A DNA stretch of 63,254 nucleotides, filler included, from Welwitschia mirabilis (lineage: Eukaryota), in NCBI GenBank assembly GCA_051453625.1. It is 6 parts of one record of this genome, joined end to end, with 100 filler letters (N's around TTAATTAATTAA, not from the genome) between each part and the next. Parts side by side here need not be neighbours in the genome. Positions count along the whole stretch, not along the records: positions 1 to 23,039 come from JBOZIK010000001.1; positions 23,140 to 36,223 come from JBOZIK010000001.1; 4 more parts are not named here. One strand, written 5' to 3'. Positions 14,801 through 26,321 of the stretch are shown here, piece after piece. Numbering within the stretch: position 1 is the first letter of the stretch; every line of letters begins with the position of its first letter. The notes beneath the pieces were generated by a model. That model did no database searches. It was given only the letters and a program-made list of their open reading frames with translations, and was not told the origin of the DNA. Position numbers and translations under genes: made by a program.

Positions 14801-17800
14801 TTTTATATTAAGTCTTTAATATGCTCATCAAAAGGAGAATTGATGTTTAATATATCAAGCCAAGGGGTGGAAGGTTTTTTACCTTTATCTTGAGAAGAAT
14901 CTTTTTTTTTAAGCTTAGTGTGATTTTTTTAAGATTTCAATATCCTCTTCTTCTTCATCATTTTTATTACTTGGGGAAGTTGAAGACTCACTTCTTGCCA
15001 TAACCTTATAATGTTTTCTTACTTTATTAGGGTTAGGTAAAGGTTGTGTTACAAGTGATCCTTGTGATCTTTGATTTGCAAGCATAATTTATTGAAGAAC
15101 ATTCACAAAATTCTCAATGTTTGAATTTGTCTTCTCTTGAGATTTTCTTAACTTATCAATATAATTTCTAAGTGGATCATTTTAATTTTGTAAGTATAAT
15201 ATGTGTGCATGATAATTTGAGTTAATTGGTTAGAAGTTTGAGTTGTTTGTTCAAAAGTTATCATACTTAAATCTATTTTGAAATGGTTGAAAATTTGAAT
15301 GATTTTCTTGAAAGTTCTTAAATTTGTTTTCAAAGGATGGAAAATTTGGTTGTCCATTTATCCTAGTTGAAATTGATTTTAATTTTAACTTTAATTTTGA
15401 TTTTATGTTCTAAAGTTTAAAGAACACTCTTTTATTATATGATAGTTATCTTTACATAAATCACAAGTTGGAATCACAACCACACTCTTTTTAATTTTCA
15501 TTTTTGCATTTAAGATCATTTGAGTGTATATTTCTAGTGTTATTATGAAATCCTTAATAATATTTATTAGTTTATTTACTATTTTTTACTTTCTCCTTTT
15601 CTTGTTTTACTTTAAGATCTTTTATAATTTGGCCTACAATATGATTTTCTTTAGGTGTTAGTTTAGGCCATATTTGACTTACTTTTATAAGTTCTTCCAA
15701 TAATATCTATGTATTTTCTAAAGTCATATTCATCAAATTTCCTTCACATGAAAAATTTACAAGTTATTTTGTTTGGCTATTAAGTCCACTATAGAAATAA
15801 TCTACTAATTCTTCTTAAGTGAATACATCTATAGGATTAGAATGTATAGCAATGAAAAATCGTTTATAGCAATGAAAAATCGTTTATAAGTTAATGTATA
15901 ATCTTCATTAGGTTTTTTTGGGAAATTGGTTACTTCCTTCTTTTTTTCTTATGATTTTTTCATTCATAAATCTTTTTATAAATGCTTCTTGAACTTGGTT
16001 TCATGTTTTTAAGCTTTTATGTGAAATAGCCTTTAACAATAATTTAGCTTTTTCTTTTAAAGTAATGGGAAAGATAAATATGTAAGTATAATTACTAATT
16101 AATTTTTTACCATTTTTAGAAGTAAACACTAATTATTTTATGCTACTTATATGTTGGAAAATATATTCATTATTTTCTCTATTAAAAATAGGATAAGTGT
16201 TTAAATTTCTTAACTTGACATCATTACCAGGAGATAGGTCAAAAGGGTTTTGGATTTCATGCTTCTTATTTGCAAATAGTTCCTTAAAGATGATATTATC
16301 ATTTAAATTTACATGGGTAGTGGAGGTTCCAATTACAATAAGGAGATTAGATAAAGCAACCTATTTCTATATTTATTACAAATTCAACATTGTAATAATA
16401 TAACTTTCTTTTAAACTATGTTTTGAAATATTAGATTTAAAAATAATAAATGCAGAAAAATCATCTCGTTTAATTCTTAAAATATTTTAAATTCATAGGG
16501 TATGTATACCTAGGATAAGTTCATAGTCAATTAAATCTTGTCATATGTTTTCTTTGATCAATAACCTCTCTCTCTGACATATGGCCTTTTGACTAGAGTT
16601 TATCATGTCCTAGCATATTCAATTCTATCTCTGTAATCATGATCTTAGTGGTCATCTAGTTTTTGTACTTGAATGATAGCAAAGACACAAGAAAACAAAG
16701 TGTGAAATAACATAGAATGAAAATGATCATCATTCAATAAGTTTTTAGAATAATAGAGGAGATGATAATAGAAAAACCCTACTTCTTAAAAAATTGAAAA
16801 ACCCTAAGTTTCAACTATCATTACAGTAGGTTGTTTAGATGACAAGAGGGATAACAGGGCATTATTTTTGGAATACAAAATAAAAAATGCAGAAAGGAAA
16901 ACCTACATTTCTACCATAAGAATATAATACTACTATAGACAAATACTTAAACTAAAATCCAAAGCACTTATTTAAGCAATAACAATATTAGAACTTTAAG
17001 CAACCTTTCTCACAGTAGCATCAAGATGTTGTAGTGCATATTTATGTAAATATTACATCCTCAAAAAATCCTATAAATCACAAATATATTTATATATATA
17101 TATATATATTGCATAATACAACATAATAATATAGATGGAAGTAACTAAAATGTCATAATTCTATTAAAAACATAAGTGAGAAGAAAGAGAATTAATTTTA
17201 AAATAAAAAACTTTGTAATATTTAAGTAAAATAAAATAATAACGCAAATTAATGTACTATGAAAATGAGATGCAAGTCCTATTCTAAATGCAACTTTTAT
17301 CTCATTACCAAATCAACCTATCAAGGAAATCAATCCTCTATAATCTAGATTAATCAAGAAAAGCTATCATTATTCTATGTTAAACAAAATATGAAAATAA
17401 TACAAATTTATTATAGAAAATGAAATGCAATACATATAAACTAATAATATTAGTCTTAACAAAGGTTTTACTTATGATCTATATCACCAATGAATCTTTC
17501 ATAAAATCAGAAGTAGGATAAACTAAAAGAGAGATGTACATAACAAAGGATATTAAGATAAAAATATAGTTTTTATTAAAGTGAACTAAGCATCAATGAA
17601 TGACACACAACCTAATACTAAGAAAGACATCTCTCTATAACAACAATGGATAAAGCTCCTATCCTTCGATCTCCTATCATAGGAATTTTTAGTGCCAAAG
17701 TAGATAAAAATGGAGTTTAAGTAAAGGAGTTATTTATCATAAAATAGACTCTAAAATCAGAAAATACTAACCTTAATAGCTACATGAGAATATGTAAGCC

Positions 17801-18213
17801 ATATGGCTAGAGTTATCGAAGTTTGGTAAAGCATTATTTTTAGGTATCATCCTACTAGTTGTCTAGACATCACAAGAGATAATTCCACATAATTTAACTT
17901 TTACATTAACTACTAGATTAATTTAGTAAGCATTCTTCTAAGCTTTACTACTTTTGTCATTCATACAGTCATCTAGATGATTAAATGGATGATGAGCTTT
18001 TGTAAAGTATTTTTTATATCACAATAGCCTCTTTAATTATAAGATTATACTTCAAATAGAAAATATTATAAGTTGCTTTAAATGCTATTAAATGTAATGA
18101 ATATGGCATGTTTTTGTGATATTAGCCTTAGCTCTTTTAGCATAAACCTATTTAATGTATTATAAAACTCATCAAAATACCTTATATAATACATACAATT
18201 TGGCAGTGTAATA
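11820..18213 (-). mobile_element. 3'-truncated degenerate Athila-like element of the same family: LTR, gag (~15650-16250), protease (~14330-14650), RT (~12830-13700), RNase H (~12480-12790), integrase N-terminal part (~11820-12300)
   Basis: ORF 11866-12057 (CDNCQYYG...FDYWKINFI...YILVTISYVTK) is the integrase zinc finger and core start. ORF 13710-13910 (LNLKSLRNGLKYIFL) is the Athila protease-RT linker. Colinear with 5260-11619. Confidence 0.88.
17027..18213 (-). repeat. 5' LTR of the second Athila-like copy, with a degenerate PBS at ~17005-17024
   Basis: Plus strand reads TGTTGTAGTGCATATTT at 17027 and ...GGCAGTGTAATA at 18213 (mutated terminus). Shares internal blocks with 10543-11619, e.g. 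TCCTTCGATCTCC(C)TATCATA and ATCCTACTAGTT. Confidence 0.8.
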
Positions 18214-18845
18214 ATATCCAAGAGGACCTTCAATTTAGTCATGTATTAGAGAGTGAACATCAAGGTGAATTTAGATTATATTTTAAAGCAGAATTAGATA
18301 CTTTAGATGATGATGATGATCAATAAGTAATAAGTAAATAAACATTCAAGGAAGAATAAAAACTTGAATGCTACATAACAAAGGAAAAATCCATAAGTAA
18401 CATAAATGAAAGAAATGATATTAAGCTCTTTAAACCTTAACTTATGTCGCCTTTATAACTATGTGAGGAAGAATTCTCTAAATCCTTTAATAACATGGAG
18501 AACATTATCCGATAGTCTAATCATAATCCAATCTTTGAATAATATTTTTCCTAACAACTTCTTTAATCAATTATCTCATTTTCATCTTTTAAGTAAAACT
18601 TGAATCTTGATGATGGAGAGAATCCATTTACACCTTTGAAGCCATCTTCTAATATCTTTTTTGATGATCATTTATCTTTAACGATTTCCATTTCACCTTT
18701 GTCTTCATCCTAAAATGATGTCTTATGTGAGTTGTTAAGTAAATAAAAATTGGCTAATGGATGAATGATTATTGATTTCGAACATTATAATTATACTACT
18801 AGCATTAATGTTCTTCCATATTTTATGGATTCTAGTGTAAACTTT

Positions 18846-20425
18846 TATTAGGACTCTTTTAGATTATGTTTTGTCAATTGATGTTAAAATAATGTTTTTT
18901 GTATAGCAAATTTTATGTATCTTGTGTAGAAGATGTTAAATTACTTGCAGGTTGAAAGATAAAACCAAAATCATCAACTTCTAAGTACTAGAAACCTATC
19001 AGTTATTTTACTCTCTTAAGGGGTTAACTAAATTTTTAAGGGATCGACCACACCTGAAGCAGACAGAAAATGACTACATCCAGAGGGTTCAATTGGATTT
19101 TTAATGGGGTTGACCAGATTTATAACTTTAAGAATTACTGTTCTTGAACTAAATAGCAAAGGGTCGATTAGACCTTTTTGGGGTCACTAGATTTGAGGAC
19201 CTAATAAATTATATCCCTTAACTGAATGAAAAGGGATCAATCAAACATATGATGATGCTATTCAGATCTATAAATCAAGGAACAATACTCTTAAACTGAT
19301 TGTTAAGGGGTCAACTAGACTTATGATGGGATCTACTAGACCTAAGCATTATACAGTTGGTACGCCTAAGCTGATCGTCATGGGATCAACTGGATACCTG
19401 AAGGAGTCAACCGAAATCAATGTTATAAACTAGAAAGATTTTTTTCTAGAGAGGGGGTAACTAGATAACGTTGTGGGCGATCCTACTAGGATTATTTAAA
19501 CTCAGATGAAGTTGATTATACAAGGATCCATAGGAATTTGGAGCAACCAAATTTTTCACTTAGGTGATTTGTGTAATTCATGGCACCAGATGGGGTTGAC
19601 TGGACTTTTGAGGGATTGATCAAATGAAACAAAAGTAAAATGTTCTAATCATGATGTACCTATTATATAGCCATTATGTAAGCATTTTCTAGTTATTTAT
19701 AACTATTGGAAGTGCATTTCAAATGTAATAAACCCTAAAATCCTTTTAATATAAATAGTTAAGAGATAGATAACTATATAATATTTTTGAAATTATTTTC
19801 GATTATGTCAATTTGTTGGATCTAAGGAATCCAACACTGTAATCTTGTGACATTTACTATTGTATCTTAGCATTTGTACTTTTGACTAGAGAAGATCTAT
19901 CATTTGTATGATTTCTACATTTAAGATTAGATCTTGTGCTTCATTTATTTTACATCTACAAGAAAAGAGCTTTATTAAATCTATTAAATCAAGAATGAGT
20001 AATATCTGTGCACAGTTAACATCATTTTGTCACTATGTTTCTTTGTGAAAGATTAAGATTAAGCCTTAAGAATTCCATTTAAAGGTTGAAACTAAGCCTA
20101 GAAAAGTTTGTTTATAAAGGTTACAAGTAAACCTGGAATACTTAATGGAGTAACAAAGATCTGAGATCTAGCTTGGGAATAAGCTAATTGTTGAGAGTGC
20201 AGTAGGAGGTTTCTCGAACCACTATAAATCTAGCATGCATCCATTTGGTATTTTTGTACTTTCAGTAATTATTTTCTTACTTCTAGTATTTCATATTTAA
20301 TGAAAATTTTAGATTAGTTAATTATTATAAACAAGTTTTATTTAAAATTGGATTTATTTAAAATATTGTATTCCATATTTTTAAAGAATCTATTCATCCC
20401 TCCTCTAGGGTTCTCAATTCTATCA
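18846..20425 (+). repeat. 5' LTR of the SIRE-like element (left boundary approximate)
   Basis: Ends CTATTCATCCCTCCTCTAGGG...CTATCA directly before the PBS. Segment 19525-20425 aligns to 25399-26321. Contains repeated GG(G/A)TCGAC/GGTCAAC motifs. Confidence 0.8.
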
Positions 20426-20427
20426 TT

Positions 20428-20439
20428 TAGTATCAGAGT
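20428..20439 (+). promoter_or_regulatory. Primer-binding site, tRNA-iMet type
   Basis: TAGTATCAGAGT versus canonical TGGTATCAGAGC (two transitions), 2 nt after the LTR CA end. Confidence 0.85.
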
Positions 20440-20489
20440 TGGTTAAGTATTTTCTTAGATGTTAGGTGATATAGACTTTAGAACCTTAT

Positions 20490-22655
20490 AATGAATATTT
20501 ACTTTGATGATTTTTTAAATATGCCCTACATTGATACTTGTACTTTTATCTGTATATGTTGAATGGAATATGGATATATTTTCAAATAGATTTCAATTAG
20601 TGGAAATACATAAAAGTCAAGTGAAAGTGATAAAAGAAATACTCAAAAACCTAACAAAGAAGGATACTTTTCTTTATGACACTTATGCCTCCATTGTAAA
20701 ATGTACCCAATACACTAGGTCATGATGACCTTGATGTAACTAATGAAGAATAAGATGAGCTAGAAGAGACCTACCAAGAGTTGACCAGAAATGTGAAAAG
20801 CTAGTTAAAAGGATAAATAATCTGAAAAAGATTATAAAATCTCTTACTAAGGAAAAGGAGGAAATGGAATCAAGTATCAAAAGAATCAAATTAGAAAACT
20901 TTAATCTCACTCTATAGGTAAAAGAGTTATCTTACTTTATTAATAAATTTTTTGATGGATCTACCAAATTAGAATAGATGCTTGGAGTTTACAAATCTAT
21001 CAATATTAAGCCAGGTATTAGCTTCATCCCTCAAAGGCCTCAAAGGTAGCAAAATTAGGTCACTAGTAATGGTAAGTTCTTTGTAAAAGTTACTTGTCAT
21101 TTCTATGAAAGAATTAGTCATTTAAAAATCATATGCAATGATAGAAAATTAATGTAATTTTCAAACTTAGTTAGTACTTTTTCTTTTAAATTTATTCCTA
21201 AAGGAGGTGTATCACATAAGTCTAGAAAGACTATGTGGGTGAAAGATATTGATGTTAAAAGTATTTTAATTCAAACAGCTTTCAAGTTCTCACATAGCAT
21301 AATCTGATATCTCGATAGTGGGTGTTCAAGGCATATGACATCAGATGGATTCAGATTCAAGCAACTAAGCAAATTTAATGGAGGAGATATGACTTTCAAG
21401 AATAATGGAAGAGCAAAAATGAAAGGCATTGAAAGCATTAGTGGAGGTAAACTTCCTATAATTAATGAAGTTTTATATGTAAATGCTTAAAGCATAATGT
21501 TTTGAGCATTAGCCAAATTTGTAACAAAGGTCACAAGGTAGTTTTTGATAAAACAAAATGTAAAAATTAAATGATGTAATTATTGGAGCAAGTAGAATAG
21601 AAAATGTTTATAGCATAGATCAATCGCTTTCCCCATATTATTTTTTAAATGTTTCTCAAGAAGAACCATGGCATAAATGATTAGGTTATGTTAATTATGA
21701 TGAGTTAAAAATGATTGTTAATAAAAACATTGTAAAAGGAATACCTAAGATAAATATAGAAAAATGAGGCTTATGTAATGCATGCCAAAAGGAAAAACAA
21801 ATTAGGACCTCTCATAAAAGTAAAACCCAAGCATCCACATCTATGCCATTAGAGCTTATTCATATGGATCTAATATGCCCTACTCAAATTCAAAGTTTAG
21901 GTGGAAAATGTTATTTTCTTACCATGATTGACGATTTCTCTAGATCTACTTGGGTAGTCTTCTTGTTAAAAAAATCAAAAAATTATAAACATTAGGTTGA
22001 GATTTGCAATAAGATCCAAAATGAAAAGGGATATACCATAAAGAAAATAATAAGGAATCATGAAGTGAATTTGAGAATTATTTTTTTAAGAAATATTACA
22101 TTAAAAATGAAAATGATCATCAGTTTTTAGCTCTAAAAATAACACAACAAAATGGTATAGCTAAAAAAAAAAGAATAAAATCTTTTAAGAATTAACACAA
22201 ACAATGCTAAATGATAAGGAGATTCCTAAATCCTTTTGGGTAGAGGTAATTAGTACAACATGCCACATTATTAATAGAGTATATCTTATACCTAATACTA
22301 ACAAAATAACATATAAGTTATGGAAAGGAAAAAAAACTTCTTTGTAATATTTTAAAGTGTTCGGAAGTAAATGCTATATGCTAAAAGATAGAGAACATTT
22401 GAGAAAATTTGAGTCTTAGGTAGATGAAGCTATTTTTTTGGGTTACTTAGCTAGAAGTAGAGCCTATCATGTTTTCAAGAAAATAAGCTTAACGATGGAA
22501 GAGTAAATAAATGTACAAATTAATTATATTGACACAATACCAAACCATTTAGATGAAGAGGAAGCCATAACTACAAGTATTCCCAAAACCAATGAAGGTT
22601 CTACCAAAAGTAATGAAGTTTCAATAAAAAAAAGGACACCCAAAAAGCCCAAAAT
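20490..22655 (+). pseudogene. copia gag remnant (internally deleted), protease and integrase, disrupted; RT/RNase H not visible
   Basis: Zinc-knuckle remnant CHFYERISHLKIIC at ~21095, *YLDSGCSRHMT, WHK*LGYVN (GAG-pre-integrase), QQNGIA, FKVFGSKCY. Stops and frameshifts throughout. Confidence 0.88.
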
Positions 22656-22755
22656 NNNNNNNNNNNNNNNNNNNNNNNNNNNNNNNNNNNNNNNNNNNNN
22701 NNNNNNNNNNNNNNNNNNNNNNNNNNNNNNNNNNNNNNNNNNNNNNNNNNNNNNN

Positions 22756-23039
22756 CAGAAATTTGAGATTTAGCTTAATGATAAGTTGATCATCAAGAGT
22801 AAAGTAGGAGGTTTCTTGAACAACTATAAATCTAGCTTGTATTAAATTGGTATTTTTTTAGTCTTAATCATTGTTTTTTTACTTCCATTTTTTTCTTATA
22901 TCATGTACATTTTAGATTAGTTCATTATTGCATGTAAGTTTTGTTTAGGATCAGATTCATTTAGAATATTGTATCAAGTTTTTAAAGAACCTATTCATCC
23001 CTCTTTCAGGCTCCCAATCTTGTAATTTGGTATTAGAGC
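22756..23039 (+). repeat. 3' end of an additional SIRE-family LTR followed by an iMet PBS (23028-23039)
   Basis: Aligns to 20155-20440 and 26055-26321; ends TGGTATTAGAGC; flanked by gaps on both sides. Confidence 0.85.
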
Positions 23040-23139
23040 NNNNNNNNNNNNNNNNNNNNNNNNNNNNNNNNNNNNNNNNNNNNTTAATTAATTAANNNNN
23101 NNNNNNNNNNNNNNNNNNNNNNNNNNNNNNNNNNNNNNN
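23040..23139. other. Artificial scaffold join (44 N + TTAATTAATTAA + 44 N); same at 36224-36323, 46830-46929, 53303-53402 and 59211-59310
   Basis: An identical palindromic all-frame stop linker centred in 100-nt gaps, five times. Confidence 0.95.
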
Positions 23140-23677
23140 GACTGACCAGTTATTTCATACAAAATACGACATACTAAAAAGAAATGTTAGCCTAAATCTT
23201 GCTAAAACTAAATGTTTTTTGAAGAATTATAACATAACACCTCATGTTTGTAACATAACATAATTATCAATCAAGAAAATAAACTAGAGGTTTAGTCATT
23301 GTCCTTTAGCTGATTGTAGGGCAATCGACTAGATCTATGATTCAGTCAATCAAATGTGGTTGGTTGACTAGACTGAAAGCCCATCACCTAGATCCCTTCT
23401 AGTCCTATAGATCCTCATCTCAATAGGTCAATCATAATCTTAAGAAGTTAACCAAACCTAATAGATCACAATGTGGAAGTACCATTAGTGGACCCAATTT
23501 CTTTCTTCATTTTGCCTTATTTCACATAGTCTATAAGATAAAGAGGATCCTAACTTGATTTCATTGTGTTATAGTCCTCTTTATATCTTAGATCTAGTAC
23601 TTGTTCTTTAATATCTAGAGCTTTTGATCCTAGATCTAGTGTTTTTCTCTCATTTTTCCTATTTTCGAGTCCTTAAA

Positions 23678-24748
23678 ATGGCTAAGCTCATCTAGAAGAA
23701 GAGTGAAGGAAGCCCCTTCAAGGGATCTAGCTATTTTCCATCAAGGAATGTTAGAGGAGGATATTGACAAGTTCTTAGAGAAGTTTAAGAAGAAGATAGT
23801 GTATCAAGAGTAGTCAGTAGTTACTTTAGAGCTTAAAGAGTTTAAGGAAGTTATTCAACTCCTAAGAAATCAGGATCTTGATCACTTTTTGAATGTTTTT
23901 AGTTCTACTTATCCTTTTCTTACTTGAATGTTTTATTGTAATGCTTCTAGTGNNNNNNNNNNNNNNNNNNNNNNNNNNNNNNNNNNNNNNNNNNNNNNNN
24001 NNNNNNNNNNNNNNNNNNNNNNNNNNNNNNNNNNNNNNNNNNNNNNNNNNNNTTTATGAACTAATTGACCTTCCAAGGGGCAACTATAAAGAGTTTTGGC
24101 CTCTTCGGGACACCATGGAAGATAAGCCTATTGTTACTAGGGATTTTGATGGGAAGGTGAATTCTTAGAAGAACACTCTTTCTAGTTGTTTATTAACTCT
24201 AAAATATTGTTTTTTCCACTTAATTTTTACTTATAACTTCTTACCTTTAGCTAGACATCGTGATAAGACTTCTTGCTATTGAGTTTATCTAATGTATTTG
24301 GTAGGGATTGAGCATTCTATTAATGCTTCTATCATAATACTAAAGAATATGGTCTCATAGCTAGAGTACCATAGAACTAGGGCTTTACCTACTCTGTTCT
24401 TATCATAAGTATTTACACCATTTTCATGTTATCTTTCATCTAAAACTGAAGACCCTCCAGCCTATGGCACCAATTAGGCATGCAACCTTATTTTGCATAC
24501 ACACCTTTGTCTCCTTTAAGAAATCCTTAAGGTCTCCTTCTCCAAAGGAAGCCTCTCTTGATGAGAACCTTTCATATTTGATATGGATTGATTCTTATAT
24601 TAGACACATGAAGGAAGTAGTTATATTAGCTGGTTCTGATATTGTTGATACCTTAGTAGAGGTCACTAGCTCAGCTTGCATAGGAGATGATGAAGAAGAT
24701 TGAAAGGAAGACTCTGAAGAAGAAGAGGAGGAGAAGGAGTCTGACTAA
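23678..24748 (+). pseudogene. Sirevirus env-like extra ORF remnant (plant transposon protein type)
   Basis: ATG at 23678. YPFLT*MFYCNA (~23910-23945) resembles the YPxLVxEFYxN motif and HLIFTYNFLPLARHRDKT (~24217) resembles NLxPxxxH. Acidic tail ends TAA at 24748. Lies between pol and the 3' LTR. Confidence 0.65.
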
Positions 24749-24790
24749 AAATTTTAAATTATGTTTTATTTTATATTCTCTCCTTTTTTA

Positions 24791-24811
24791 TTGATGTCAA
24801 AAGAGGGAGAA
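24791..24811 (+). promoter_or_regulatory. Sirevirus-type upstream polypurine-tract motif
   Basis: TTGATGTCAAAAGAGGGAGAA, one transition pattern away from the SIRE ...CAAAGGGGGAGA signature, just after the env-like ORF. Confidence 0.65.
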
Positions 24812-25323
24812 TTATTTGTGTGTTATTAAATGATTTTTATATGATTTCAGTTGTATGCTCTTAATGAGTACTTCTAGCTTGTAATGTTTGCACTTCTACT
24901 TTGTAATGTTTGCTTATGTCTAATGACATGCACTTATCTAGTTTATACAAAATTATGTTTCATTTGGTATCTCAAATCTATTTGTATTATATGTACTTAA
25001 CTCAAAAAGTTTATAGTTTTCTAACATTGAAAATAAGCTATAATTTATGACATTTGATTACAATGTTAAATAAGTTTACATGATTACATTATGCTTATCA
25101 TAAAGTTGTTCCCTTTAAACTTTCAAATGTATATATTAAATTGTTTTATTTAAAACATAAAATTTATTTGTTCAAAATTCCTTGACTTGTTTTAAAAGGA
25201 ATATTATTTGGTATATAGGCATTNNNNNNNNNNNNNNNNNNNNNNNNNNNNNNNNNNNNNNNNNNNNNNNNNNNNNNNNNNNNNNNNNNNNNNNNNNNNN
25301 NNNNNNNNNNNNNNNNNNNNNNN

Positions 25324-25398
25324 TGTATTTTGCATCTTAATTATAATTAACAGGATTGAATTTGAACGTGAACTATTGCACAAATACACACCGCAACA
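25324..25398 (+). repeat. 3' terminus of an Athila-family LTR inserted into the SIRE 3' LTR
   Basis: ...AACTATTGCACAAATACACACCGCAACA matches the LTR ends at 46405 (+) and 36178 (-). SIRE LTR sequence resumes mid-LTR at 25399. Confidence 0.8.
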
Positions 25399-26321
25399 TG
25401 GAGTCATAAGAATTTGGGGTAATCGAATTTCTCACTCAGGTGACCTGTGTAAGTCATGGTACTAGATGGGGTTGATCAGACTTTTAAGGGGTCCATTAGA
25501 TGGAATGGAAGTAAAATTTAAATCATTATGTATGTAGCCATTAGGTATCCATTTTTTAACTATTTATAGCCATTGAAAATACATTTTAAATATAATAAAT
25601 CCTAAAATCCTTCTAATATAAATATCTAAGACATAGATGATCAAAAAAAATTTTGGAACTATCTTCATTTGGGTGAATCTATTGGATCTGAAAAATCAAG
25701 CATTATAATCTTGTAACTTCCAGTATTGTATCTTAGCATCTATAATTCTGACCAAAGAAGATCTACCATTGACATCATTTCTACATTTAAGGTTAGATCA
25801 AGAGCTTCATTTGTTTTACATCTACAAGAAAAGAGCTCCATCAAATCTACTAAATCAAGAACGAGTGATATCCATGCTCAAAAGGCATCATTACATTACT
25901 ACTGTGCTTTTTGAAAGGTTAAGACTAAGCCTTGAAAAGTCCATTCAAATGTTGAGATTAAGCCTTGAAAAGTCCATTCAAAGATTGATACTAAGCCTAG
26001 AAAAATATTTTTGTAAAGGTTATAAGTGAATCTGGAATATTTGATGGAGTAACGAAGATCCAAGATCTATCTTGGGGATAAACTAATCATCAAGAGTGGA
26101 GTAGGGGATTTTCTAAACCACTATGAATCCAGCTTGATCAAATTGGTATTTTTTTGCTTTTAGTCATTGTTTCTTTACTTCTATTATTTTCTTATATCAT
26201 GCACATTTTAGATTAGTTCATTATTACATGTAAGTTTGTTTAAGATTGGATTCATTTATAATATTATGTTAAATGTTTAAAGAACCTATTCATCCCCTCT
26301 CTAGGGTTCTCGATCCTATCA
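25399..26321 (+). repeat. 3' LTR (distal part) of the SIRE-like element
   Basis: Aligns to 19525-20425; ends CTATTCATCCCCTCTCTAGGG...CCTATCA with no PBS following. Confidence 0.85.

Larger units (their letters stand above)
18846..26321 (+). mobile_element. Degenerate Ty1/copia Sirevirus (SIRE/Maximus)-like element; possibly composite across gaps
   Basis: Two homologous LTRs, an iMet PBS, protease motif *YLDSGCSRHMT (21305-21340), integrase motifs (CNACQKEKQ...LELIHMDL...GKCYFLTMIDDFSRSTWV), an env-like ORF and a SIRE-type PPT motif. Confidence 0.85.

Noticed and set aside
17089..17108. (TA)n tract
   Set aside because: Short ordinary microsatellite inside an LTR.
23084..23095. Palindromic TTAATTAATTAA repeated five times across the window
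   Set aside because: Always centred in 44 N + 44 N; an artificial all-frame stop linker, not biological.
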